Positions 1 to 13,425 are shown, counted from the first letter of the stretch. The stretch: 64,000 nucleotides of DNA from Eledone cirrhosa (GCA_964016885.1 OZ024746.1:32178001-32242000), one strand, 5' to 3'. Notes: generated from the sequence alone by a model not told the origin. Numbers and translations are program-made.

Positions 1-132
1 CGGTTGAAATTCGCTGGATAGTCATAAAAATTTGGATAGGTATAAAAATGTTTAAGCTTGTTGAATCCCAACAAATTAAATATAACCTCTGCATATATAT
101 ATATATATATAATATTGGGCACGAATCGAAGT

Positions 133-186
<54 letters not shown>

Positions 187-204
187 CAGGAGGTTAAATT
201 AAGT

Positions 205-756
205 GTAAGAATTTGCAGGAGCTGGTGAAGTAATGCACTAGTTTCAGCATTTGGTAATCATAAGAAGGAGGGAAATGTAAAATCTAAACTCATTATCTTC
301 AATTCAGTATTTGTGACAACCCTTACCTATAGTCATGAATCTTCGGTAATGAATGAAAGAAAAGGATCGCGAATGCAAGCAGCCGAAATGGGGTTCTTCC
401 GAAGGGTCTTTGGGGGTAATGTTACTCAATAGAATGCGTAGTTCGGAGATTAGAGAATCACTCCAAATAGAGCCGCTACTTCTCTGAATTGAGAGATCAC
501 AGCTCCGGTACCATAGGCATGTAGTTAGAATGTCTCAGAAAGAATCACTGGACAGATTTTACAGGCAAAACCAACTGGCAAGAGACCCAGTGGTAGATCG
601 CCGAGATGGTTGGATAACATCCATGAGCTTTGCTGGTCTCACTTGGGGATCGAGTCGGATAAGTTGGAGACAGTTGTTTCTGTCAGGACACGTTCGAAGG
701 AGTTTTGAAAACTCTTCCTCTACGACTTTCTCAGAGGTGAGTGGGCGAAGAAGAAA
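205..756 (+). mobile_element. 3' fragment of a second, older RTE-like LINE family
   Basis: Decayed frame reading MQAAEMGF...IERSQLRY.RHVVRMSQ; related copies at 61990-62480 and 50265-50500. Confidence 0.7.
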
Positions 757-924
757 TATGTGTGTGTGTGTGTGTGTGTGTATATAGGTGTGTCTGTACA
801 TGTAGGTATGTTATGTGTGCATAGATATACACACACACATGCATGTATGTATGTATCCTTGTCTGTAAGTGTTTATGTCTCATAACTTAGGCTTCAACAA
901 ACAACAATTGATAAAGTACCAGAC

Positions 925-960
<36 letters not shown>

Positions 961-1079
961 GTTCTGGGGTCCATATGTTTAAAACAAATGAAACATGTAA
1001 TGTGTGTGTGTGTGTGTGTATCTATGCACACATACATAGACACACACATATATATAAACACACACACACACACAACACT

Positions 1080-1297
1080 ACCTTACAAACTGCACATACG
1101 GGTACATTACTGGCTCACCTATCTCTCTGTAATATTCACTATAACAAAACAGTACACCAGTTACTGACGTGTGTGTGTGTGTGTGTATATATATACACAC
1201 ACACACGCGTCAGTAACTGGTATACTGTTTTGTTATAGTGAATATTACAGAGAGATAGGTGAGCCAGTAATGTACCCGTGTGTGCAGTTTGTAAGGT
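1080..1297. repeat. Near-perfect inverted repeat, 90-bp arms
   Basis: 1080-1169 vs 1208-1297, two mismatches seen; self-complementary microsatellite spacer. Confidence 0.93.
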
Positions 1298-1679
1298 TGT
1301 GTGTGCGTGTCTGTGTGTATATATATATATATACACACACACACATATACACACATACATACACACACACATTATATATATATATATATATATATTATAA
1401 TAGGTGATCACTGGTCAAGTGGCTAAGGGTCCAGGAAAAGTGCTCAATTTCAGGGGTGGAGGTATATTGATAGTCTGCCGTACTGGGGACCCGAGAAGAC
1501 CACAAATCAGAGTAGTACTTATCAAGTACTTGTATATACATACATAATATATATATATATATATATACATACATACATACATACATACATAATATACATG
1601 TATACATACATAATATATATAAAAATTAATATACATAAAAATACATAAAAATTGCAAACTCGACTGTCACCACATATTA

Positions 1680-1718
1680 TGAACCTGAAGATTGCGAAAG
1701 CATGAAAGTACTTGTTCA
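1680..1718 (+). ncRNA. Minimal type I hammerhead ribozyme motif
   Basis: tgaac-CTGAAGA-ttgc gaaa gcat-GAAA-gtac-TT-gttca; 5-bp stem I, GAAA tetraloop on stem II, palindromic AAGTACTT stem III. Confidence 0.55.
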
Positions 1719-1886
1719 ATTAACACTTAGAATTTAATATTCTATCATACTATTTCATTATAATACCATTATATATGTCAAAGGATTGTAAATAAAACGA
1801 GTAAATCAGACAAAGTTGGAATTCCTCTTATTAATATAATCTTCTATACACAATCATACACACCCGTGTATATTTACCTATCTATA

Positions 1887-1931
<45 letters not shown>

Positions 1932-2015
1932 GTATAGTGGTAGCTATAGGGTTTTTTGAGGATGTTGTTTTGATGACAACACCTCAGTGATAAAATTTGC
2001 TCCGGACATTACAGC

Positions 2016-2107
2016 CGTGTCTTGAAAGAACCCGCAGAAGTAGAATCAGCCAGATCCATACAAGGACCATGACTCGAGCTACATGCCGGCGAAACATTTG
2101 TAATACG
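2016..2107 (+). ncRNA. Variant or degenerate hammerhead-like motif
   Basis: cgtgt-CTTGAAAGA-[long imperfect stem]-GAAAC-attt-GTA-atacg; 5' core is non-canonical. Confidence 0.35.
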
Positions 2108-2571
2108 AAATAAACTAAGTCCAGATGCATCACAGGTTTTTCGTTTTCTTGATTATATATATATATATAATATATACATATATAATAAACGGAAAAAATG
2201 AAAGGAAATTTCATTTCTCACTCTTAGTACATATAAATACGAGAGAGAGAGAGAGAGAGAGAGAGATGTATAACGGTGTATAATATTGTATAGTTCAGTA
2301 GTATATATATTAGTGTAGTATAAGTACATAGTACTGTAGTGTGTGTATAGAGAAGTCAACTTACCAATGTTGTCCTGACTACAGCAACTTAAGACATGTT
2401 GTTTCACTGAGAGAAGTATAGAACAGAGATACACATACACCCACAGCGAGAGAACTATAGCATATATATACAAACACGCACTTGTGTGTGTGTGGTTGAG
2501 GGGGTAGGCAGTAAATGGTACAAAGCTACACCACTCCTCCTTAACCACAACTGCACACACTCACACCATAC

Positions 2572-2602
<31 letters not shown>

Positions 2603-3612
2603 TACATACATACATACATACATCATATAAATATATATATATATATATTTACAAACACACACACACACGTACACACACCACACTTACAGTCACTGACAGT
2701 CATTCATGGGTGTCAAATTCATGACAGCATTAGGTGCTATAAGCAGTAGGTTTAGTATAGGTGGTAGTGGTGGTGGTGGTAGTGGTGGTAGTGGTAGTGC
2801 TGATGGCGGTGTTGTGGTCGTAGTGGCAGTAGTAGAAAACTCTCCCTACTTTAAAATCATCATCATTACCAACAGTAGAGTTAGCTGAAAGTTAAAAAGT
2901 TAAAGTTTGTCCCAGATTTAAGGGTTCGCCAGTTTGGAACTTATCCCTCTGTCATGTGGTGTTAGGCAACTGACAGTACAAGACCAACTAACCCTGGATA
3001 GGGTACTAATCCTTTACAAGATTAATCCCTCGATTAGAAGTTATTGAAGTACAGGCTACTTTTTAATAGGTGTGTCATTGAACTTAGAGGTGGAAACCTG
3101 ACATTGTGGGTCCCTGAACTATCACTACTTACTGCAATTGAAACAGGGATGAGCCCCATAAGATAGACAGTGAGGGAGATGTGCTGAAAAAGCCTATCAA
3201 AGATGAGCCCTACAAGGTCGACGGACTCTTTCAGTACATCTCCCTTGCTACCTTACAGGGATGAGTCCTACAAAGTAGACTGACTCTTTCAGCATATCTC
3301 CCTCATTATCCACTAGGCTAACACCTAAGCAATTCCACCAGATGGCACTATGAGGTAACATCCACCTGAGATTTGGCATATCACGTCATATAGTGTTACG
3401 TCACAGAGACGGAAAAAAAAAAAGAATGAATGAATTAATGTGACAACCTTCCTTTGATCGATTTGTGGTTTTACCATATGTCACTAGATATATACATATA
3501 TAAATAAATACACATACATATATATACACACACATATACATACATACACACACACACAAACATTCCTGTATTTACAAAGGAACCCATCCCTTAATATTCT
3601 TTCATGGATTAG

Positions 3613-3932
3613 GAGAGGAAGGACAGTGCTTATGACCCTTTGCGGGGCTTCTGTGACATATAGGAGGAAGGACAGTGTTTATGCCTATTTTCAGGATGTC
3701 TGTGACATATGGGAAGAAGGGCAGCGCTTATGACCCTTTTCGGGGCTTCAGTGATATGTGGGAGGAAGGATAATCCTTTTGTGACATGTGGAAGGGAGGG
3801 CAGTGCTTATAACCCTTTAGAGGACCGCTGTAACATGTGGGAGGAAGGGCAGTGCTTATGTTCCTTTTCAGGGCTTTTGTGACATGTGGGAGGGAGAGCA
3901 TTGCTTACGTTCCTTTTCAGGGCCTCTGTGAC
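3613..3932. repeat. Degenerate ~49-bp tandem repeat, about 6 units
   Basis: Recurrent ggaggaaggrcagtgcttatg...tgtgacat. Confidence 0.75.
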
Positions 3933-4291
3933 TACTACTACTACACCGTCTCATAACTACACACACGTACATGATAGGACTGGTGCTCCTCGTATTAAAA
4001 CATTTATGAAACCATTGGTGGCTGAGTAGATCTGTGTAAGTATCAACATTTTACATCGTCTTGATGTATACATATATGTGTGTGTGTGATGTATGTTTGT
4101 GTGTGCGAAAGAGAGAGATTCAAAAAGAAATAAAAGCCAACCTATACTGCACCATTTCTTTACATTAAACCTGTCTACTACAATATATACATATTTCAGA
4201 GTAAGAAAGATATTTTATTCAAATATATATATTTATAACTATTGTCAATAATATATAACAACCAAGTCAAGCCTTAGGTAGATATTAAGTA

Positions 4292-6111
4292 ATGTAGGAG
4301 ACGCCCTAGATAGGAGTAACTATAGAGGCATTAAATTAATCGACCAGGTCATGAAGGTCACGGAAAAAGTAATAGCGCAACTAATCAGAGAGAGAATTGA
4401 CCTAGATGATATGCAGTTCGGGTTTGTGTCAGGCAAAAGTACCACAGACGCTCTTTTCATAGTACGACAACTACAGGAGAAGTTCCTAGCTAAAGGTAAA
4501 CCCCTCTACTTAGCTTTTGTCGACTTGGAGAAAGCCTTCGACAGAGTCCCCCGCTCCATTATCTGGTGGGCTCTTAGAAAACTAGGCGTTGACGAATGGC
4601 TTGTGAGGGCTATACAAGCCATGTATAAAGAAACAGTCAGCAAGGTTAGAATTAACAACGAATATAGTGAAGAGTTTAGCGTAAAAGTTGGCGTCCATCA
4701 GGGCTCTGTTCTCAGCCCCCTACTATTTATTATTACCTTTCAGGCTATAACAGAGGAGTTCAAGAAAGGCTGCCCATGGGAACTCCTATACGCAGACGAC
4801 CTGACACTCATAGCGGAATCAATGGCCGAGCTAGAGAAGAAATTCCAAACATGGAAGCACGGCCTAGAGTCAAAAGGACTTAAAATTAACCTGGCTAAGA
4901 CCAAAGTTCTAGTTTGTAGGAAAGAAAACAAGGCGGCGGTCCCTTCTGGGAAATGGTCGTGCTCGGTGTGTAGGAAAGGCGTAGGTAGAAACTCCATTTT
5001 ATGTCCTAAATGCAAAGTATGGGTGCATAAAAGATGTAGTGGGATCACAGGTAAGCTAACTAAGAACATAGATTTTACATGTGGCCGGTGTTCTGGTGCA
5101 ATAAGTAGCAGCAAGTGCCCACAAAATACTAGCTCTTTCAATTGCGCAGAGGGTTCTATAGAAATAGTGGACAGCTTCCGTTACCTGGGCGATAAAATCA
5201 GCAGTGGGGGAGGGTGCTCTGAAAGTACTGTAGCTAGAGTCAGAACTGGTTGGAAAAAGTTCAGAGAGCTTATACCACTATTAGCTGCTAAAGGGTTCTC
5301 CCTAAAAATGAAAGGCAGGTTGTACGATGCCTGCATACGAACAGCAATGTTGCATGGCAGTGAGACCTGGGCATTGTGTGCAGAGGATATACGCAGACTA
5401 GAGAGGAACGAAGCTTGCATGCTCCGCTGGATGTGTAACAGTAATATACGTGAACGGCAAAGCATAAACGAACTAAGGAAAAAATTAGAGATAAGAGGGA
5501 TCAGATGTTGTTTACTCGAGAGAAGGCTACGTTGGTATGGACACGTGATGCGCATGAAAGTTGATAGCTGTATAACAAAGTGCAGGGCAATAAAGATAGA
5601 CGGTAGCCACGGAATAGGCAGACCTAGAAAAACCTGGGACGAGCTGATAAACTCCGACCTCACACACTTACACCTCTCCAAGACAATGTCACTGGACCGA
5701 GACCTTTGGCGGTACTCAGTAACAGAGAAGACCCGCCTTGCCAGTAGGCATCTCTAACAAAATACACCCCGTCCCGCCACCACCCCCACCCCATCCACAC
5801 CACCCCGTTCTATGTAAAGTTATGTTGGTGCCGCGCCATCCAGGCCGAAACAAATGAGATCGTGTAGGTGTCACGACAAAAAAACACACAGTCCACACTG
5901 TAATGTGGCCGTGTAGGCAACACGGTAAAAACCTCCCAGACCCACACTGTAAATGTGGTTGGTGTTAGGAAGGGCATCCAACTGTAGAAAACCTGCCAGA
6001 CAGTCCTATGCGAGCAAGACAATCACTCTTGCCTCAAGTGGGACTACCCCCGTCCAAACCCATGCAAGTGTGGAACACGGACGTTAAACGTTGATGATGA
6101 TGATGATGATG
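4292..6111 (+). mobile_element. 5'-truncated RTE LINE, subfamily B (RT ORF 4351..5757, 3' UTR, (GAT)n tail)
   Basis: RT motifs QFGF, DLEKAFD, QGSVLSP, YADD, FRYLG; homologous to but distinct from subfamily A. Confidence 0.93.
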
Positions 6112-6136
6112 TAGCCTAAATATATCTCGCGTGTGC

Positions 6137-6179
<43 letters not shown>

Positions 6180-6847
6180 AAACCTTTCTGTATTTATTGT
6201 TGTTAAGGTATAGGTATGGCCACTGCCTTCGGCTGTTTTTCCTGATGTCACACTTTTTAACTTTTGTGGACAAAAGGGTATTAACTTCTCGCTCCATTGA
6301 GTGCTTTGTGATTGCCTCAAACAACCCGCATAGTACCTGCTATATGGCAGTTATAACTTCGGTTTATACCCTACACACACACATAATACATAATACATAC
6401 ATATTCACACATTGCACTTGGCTGACTATCCAGTTCAAATAATTTAGCTCCATAGTGACAGATAGAAAACCTGAATCAACAAAGTTCATTGGAAACACTA
6501 TATACATATATATAAAGAGGTGTTTCAGATAGAAAATAGCCATTTGTTTCATAAGAACCCAATTTATTAAAGGAATTTAATTATTATTTAATAAAAATGT
6601 CATAATCAATTGAAACTGGTCAAAATTGTTTCATAAAACACTCAATTCACTTGATGTACCAAATATAGAAATATTTGTTTTGATGTGACTTGAACCAGAA
6701 ACCATAAAGTTTTGATGTAAGCTACTTCTCTACACAGCCATGCCTGCATCTATCTCAGTAGATGCTCATTAATATTGGGGGTGAGAGTAACTACAATTAA
6801 AAAAAAAGGTGCTCAATATATTAGTAAAGTGTAAGCATCATTAATAT

Positions 6848-6958
6848 AGAAATGGTTTCAACAGAACTAGAACTGTTTCATTTGTATGAAATCATCAGGA
6901 AAGTCTCAGGATGATTTCATATGAATGAAACAGTTCTAGTCCTGTAGAAGCCATTTCT
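6848..6958. repeat. ~110-nt foldback hairpin
   Basis: agaaatggtttc...gaaatcatc / gatgatttc...gaagccatttct. Confidence 0.88.
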
Positions 6959-6968
6959 TTAAAATGAT

Positions 6969-7000
<32 letters not shown>

Positions 7001-7103
7001 TATATATGATGAAACACAGATACCAACATATCTTTGTTTATATTGCAAAAGGAATTAAGTTAGCTAGAATGAAATATACATGCTTGAGATTTGAACTCAT
7101 TAC

Positions 7104-7142
<39 letters not shown>

Positions 7143-7146
<4 letters not shown>

Positions 7147-10100
7147 TCATCATCATCATCACCGTTTTACGTCCGTTCTTCCACGCTAGCATGGGTTAGA
7201 CGGGTTGTCCTGTTGTGGGCAGTGTCTGGTCGGCTGACCATGCCTTGCTCATACAGGAACTGATCTGGCTTGATTTCTACAGCTGGATGCCCTTCCTAAC
7301 ACCAACCTCATTTACAGTGAGTGCTGGGTGCTTTTTCGTGGCGCCTACACGTCCACTTTACAGTGTGGGCTGGGTGCTTTTTTGCCGTGGCACCTCCACG
7401 ACCACCTTGCGGTGGGGGGGGGGGCATATTGTTTATATGCTTCAGCATGTACCCATGGGAGGTCGGGTACCCTGTATTACTGCGTGACGCCAGAAGTCAC
7501 GGTCGTGTGTCATTGACTTTGAGAGGTGTAGTTGGGTAAGGTCGGCTTTTATCACCTCATCCCAAGTCATCTTGGGTCTCCCCACTCCGCGGTTTCCATC
7601 AACTTCTAGTGCTCTGCACCTTTTTATGCAGCTGTCATCCTTCATACGCATCACATGTCCATACCAGCGTAACCGCCTCTCCTGCACGCAGCATTTGATT
7701 CCTCTTATGCTCAGTCTCTCTCTCAATTCATTTATGCTTTGTCGTTCACGTATATTACTGTTACACATCCATCGGAGCATGCAGGCTTCGTTTCTCTCTA
7801 ATCTACGTAAGTCTTCCACCTTCAGCGCCCAGGTCTCACTACCATGCAACATCGCTGTTCGGATACACGCATCATACAGTCTGCCTTTCATTCTGAGGGA
7901 GAAGCCTTTTGCAGCTAGCAGTGGTAGTAGTTCCCTAAACTTCTTCCATCCCGTTCTTACCCTAGTTATTGTACTTTCTGAGCACCCACCTCCGTTGCTA
8001 ATTCGGTCACCTAGGTAGCAGAAGCTGTCTACTGTTTCTACAGGGCCCTCCCAGAGATTGGTGGTACTTGTTTCCTGTGGCTGTTTGCTTGCTGTTTCAG
8101 CACAGCTGCTGCATGTGAATCCTACATTCTTAATTAAGCTTCCTGAGATCCCGCTACATCTCTTGTGTACCCATTGTTTGCATTTGGGGCAAAGAATGGA
8201 GTTCCTACCTACACCTTTCCTACATACTGAGCAAGGCCATTTCCCTGAGGGGATCTGGGTTCTGTTTTCTCGTCTACTTATAAGGACCTTAGTCTTTGTC
8301 ATGTTGACTTTGAGGCCCTTTCTCTCTAGTCCCTGCTTCCAGGTTTGGAATTTATTCTCTAGTTCTACCATAGATTCAGCTATGAGTGCGAGGTCATCAG
8401 CATACAGGAGTTCCCATGGGCATCCGGTCTTAAACTCCTCCGTTATTGCCTGCAGGACTATGATGAACAGGAGAGGGCTAAGAACAGAGCCCTGGTGGAC
8501 CCCAACCTGTACGCTAAATTCCTCGCTATACTCATTGCCAATCCTAACTTTGCTGACTGCTCCCCTATACATGGCTTGTACCGCTTTCACAAGCCATTCA
8601 TCTACTCCTAGTTTTCTAAGAGCCCACCAGATTACTGCACGTGGAACTCTGTCAAAGGCTTTCTCAAGGTCGACAAATGCCAAGTAGAGTGGCTTACTTT
8701 TAGCTAGGTACTTTTCCTGTAATTGCCTCACAAGGAAGAGCGCATCAGTGGTGCCTTTCCCTGGAACAAACCCAAATTGCATCTCGTCTATATTCACCCG
8801 GTCCCTAATCAGCTGTGCTATAACTCTTTCTGTTACTTTCATGACCTGGTCCATCAACTTTATACCTCTATAGTTTCCTCTATCTAGTGCATCGCCTTTA
8901 CCTTTGTAGCAGTTGACAATGATGCTACTGCACCAATCTTTTGGTATGGCCCCCTCTAGTATTACCTGGTTAACGATACGTGTGGTTATAGTGTGACCTA
9001 CAGACCCAGATGCCTTCAGCATCTCGGCAGCTATACCCGATGGACCGGTTGCCTTCCCTATCTTCATATCTCTGATTGCCTTACTTACTACGCTGCCGCT
9101 GACTTGTACTGCTGGTCCCTCTATAGGGTCTACGTGGGGTAGGGTCTCTTCTTCCCATGCATTCTCCTCATTTAGTAATCTATCATAATGACTCTTCCAT
9201 GCATCTTTCTTCTCAGCACTTGTGAGGGCAAGCTCACCTTTATCATTCCGGATACACTTCTCTCCAATGACATCACAACTATCTCTGACACACTGCCTCG
9301 CAATCTTGAATACCTCCTGTTTCTGGTCCTCACGTTGTAAAACATGCTTGAATTTTCTATCCTCTGCTTCCCTCCTAGCTAAGTATACTTGTCGCCTAGC
9401 TTCCCTCTTGGTCTCTATGTAATGTACCCTGCTCCCCCCGTTCTTCCATTCTTTCCATGCCTGTCTCTTGGCCTTGACTGCTTCATCTACCTTATTGTTC
9501 CACCACCAAGTCACTCTCCTCCTGCTTGAGGTCTTACTCCAGCCACAAACCTCATCCGTCGCCTCTAGTAAGTTATTTTTTAGGAACTCCCAGTTCTCTT
9601 CTACGTTAAATGTCTCTATCTGTTCTTCTTTACTGTCGTAGGCGTTGAGTAAAATATCTTTAAATCTGTTACTGGTTGAGGGGACTTTCAGCTTCCAGAT
9701 CTTTCTTCTCCAGGTTGGCCTCTGTTTCAGGGCTCGTCTAGTTCTGACCGTGAGGTCGCTGACAACTAAGCTATGTTGGGATGTACATTCCTCACTAGGG
9801 AAGGCTTTTGTGTTTACGACCGTCCATCTGTCACGTCCTCTGATGAGGATAAAATCTAACTGACTAGAGTGCTCCCCTGATCTATAGGTGATCAGGTGGT
9901 TGTCGGGTTTTTTAAAGTTTGTGTTACATATCGACATGTCATTGGCGTCGCAGAATTCTAGAAGTCTGAATCCTTCCTCATTCCTTGTGCCAACTCCATG
10001 GCCTCCATGTACTCTATTGAAGCCGTCGCAGTGTTTACCTACGTGTCCGTTAAAATCTCCTGCAATGATTAGGAAGTCCTTGTCGTCTGTTAGAGCAGTA

Positions 10101-10320
10101 GTGTGTATTAGGGACTCGTAAAACCTATCCTTAAGTTCGTCTGGCAGCCCCGATTGGGGTGCGTAAGCTGATATTATTGTGGTAATTGTCTTATTCAGGA
10201 CTAGTCTGAGTTTAATGATTCTTGCATTTACCCTGTACACTGAGATTACTTTATCTACCCACTTGTCAGCTAATAGTATACCTACACCACCCATCCCATC
10301 GTCATTTCCCACCCAGAAAA
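7143..10320 (-). mobile_element. 5'-truncated RTE LINE, subfamily A (open ORF 7442..10312)
   Basis: Translation differs from the 57-kb copy at only two visible residues (FNRV/FDRV, RHAV/RHTV); truncated in the endonuclease N-terminus; same 3' UTR and tail; (TA)n on both sides. Confidence 0.95.
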
Positions 10321-11727
10321 ATATATATATATATATATATATTACTATATATTTATATATAGCCAGCTCACCCTGTTAAGTGGTAGTGCTGTTGTACGTG
10401 GATCTCAGGGAGATTCAGTAACAAAGCTGGCCATACAAGAGTGACTACAAACTTCTACATGACCTTTTATGGAATTTAGAAGTGTGTGTGTGTGAATGTA
10501 TGAATGCGTGTGTATGAGTGTGATGAGAGTCAGGTATACAGTGTGTGTGTGTGTGTGAGAGTGAGTGTGGTGACAGTCAGGTACACAGTAGGTGTGTAGA
10601 GTGAAAGGAGGAAATAGTCATTAACAGTTGAAAGTGAATAAGGAAATGTTATGATATAAATGTGTGGCTATATATAGGAAGTGTGATTGTCTGTCTGTTC
10701 GTGAGTGTGAGTGTTTATCCATGTGTGTGTGTGTGTGTGTCGGTCCATATGTTTGTGTTAGTATTTGTCCTTTCACTTCCCTTTATTCATTCCAGGGTCA
10801 ATGAAAAATAAAGTACCAGTCATGCAATGGGATTTATTTACCCCCCCCCCCCCAAACAAAAATTGTTAATTCCATGAGAGACCCTTGGACTGAAGTTACT
10901 GCCATTCCTCTCTTAACTGTATCTTCCATATATCTCTTTTGTATTACACCTCTCTCCATCCACTCTTGTAGCAGGGCAGGGCTTCCTTATCCACTCTTTC
11001 CCCCTAATAGCAGGGCTTTTCCTCCTCCCTAGTAGCAAGCAGGGCTTTCTCCACCTCCTCGTTCTCTGCATCCATCCTAGTAGCAACACATAATACTTTC
11101 TCTTCTTCCCTCTTTCCTTTAACCCTAAAGCAGAGTAGGGCTTCTTCACCAGCCTCCTCCCTCACATCCTTTCCATTCACCTCACACCACTCTTCACTAC
11201 ACTACCCCCTTGTGCTTTAATGTTAGCCCCCAACCCACTCCCACCACTGTCCTGTCATGAAAACACTTCCCCTGGACTTTGCAGGCACTCATTTTATTTA
11301 GTTGAGTGGATTGGAGCATTATGAAAAGAAGTGTCTTGCTCAAGGGGACAATGTACCATCCAATCCAGGAGTTGAACCCACACCCTTGTCATTATGAGTC
11401 CAACACACTAACCACAAAAGCACATGGCTTCCCAATCTACTAACCACTGATGCTACACCAAGCCAGCGTTAAGGACTGGCTGCAAGGATCTTAGTTGCAG
11501 TTCTTGAAACATTCTCATCAACAACAAAGCTAACATCCAATCTTAGATACTGATGAGTCTATAAATAGATGTGAAACATGCCTTGTTTATTCAGAATGTA
11601 TTAACTTTCTGTAATCTTAATCGCATCTCACCCCAGGAGAAGTTGGGGAGAATTTCAAATAAATATACAGGAATATACTCACATATATAGACATAAATAC
11701 ACATACTGACACATATATATATATACC

Positions 11728-11789
<62 letters not shown>

Positions 11790-11840
11790 CACATATGTAG
11801 ACATAAATACACATATACATATATATAGACACACATATAT

Positions 11841-12169
11841 GGAGGCACATGGCTTAGTGGTTAGAGCATTGGGCTTGCAATCAAAAGGTTGTGAGTTCAA
11901 TTCTCGGACCTGCTGATGTGTTGTTTCCTTGAGCAAGACACTTTATTTCACATTGCTCCAGTTTACTCAGCTGTAGAAATGAGATGATAGGACTGGGGTC
12001 CCTATCATTCCACTGTAAAGTGAATGTGTAGGCACCACGGGAAAAAAGCACCCAGCACTCACTGTAAATGAGGTTGGTGTTAGGGGGGGCATCCGGCTGT
12101 AGAAGTCAAGCCAGAATCAGTTCCCGTCCCACCCTTCCAAGCAGGGAAAAGTGGACGTAAAATGATGAT
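11841..12169 (+). mobile_element. tRNA-derived CORE-like SINE with RTE-derived 3' tail
   Basis: A box tggcttagtgg, B box gagttcaattc, central tccttgagcaagacacttt, tail matching the subfamily A 3' UTR. Confidence 0.85.
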
Positions 12170-13116
<947 letters not shown>

Positions 13117-13425
13117 TCCCACCACCCCTTTCAATGTAAAGTTATGTTGGTGCCACAACATCCAGGCCGAAACAAATGAGATCGTGTAGGTGTCACGACA
13201 AAAAAACACAGTCCACGCTGTAAATGTGGCCGTGTAGGCAACACGGTAAAAACCTCCCAGCCCCACACTGTAAATGTGGTTGGTGTTAGGAAGGGCATCC
13301 AGCCGTAGAAAACCCACCAGACAGTCCTATACGAGCAAGACAACCACTCTTGCCTCAAGTGGGAAAACTCCCGTCCAAACCCATGCAAGCGTGCAACATG
13401 GACGTTAAACGATGATGATGATGAT
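13117..13425 (+). mobile_element. RTE subfamily B 3' UTR-only copy
   Basis: Matches 5795-6111 closely and ends in (GAT)n. Confidence 0.88.

Noticed and set aside
6868-6900. Minus-strand CTGATGA...GAAAC inside the 6.9-kb hairpin
   Set aside because: No stem I pairing or valid stem III; treated only as a foldback
7572-8687. ORFs antisense to RTE copies (also 4740-5681 and 59236-60351)
   Set aside because: Shadow frames of the RT coding strand with no independent motifs
11841-11915. tRNA gene
   Set aside because: A and B boxes are the head of a SINE that continues into core and tail sequence; no complete cloverleaf seen
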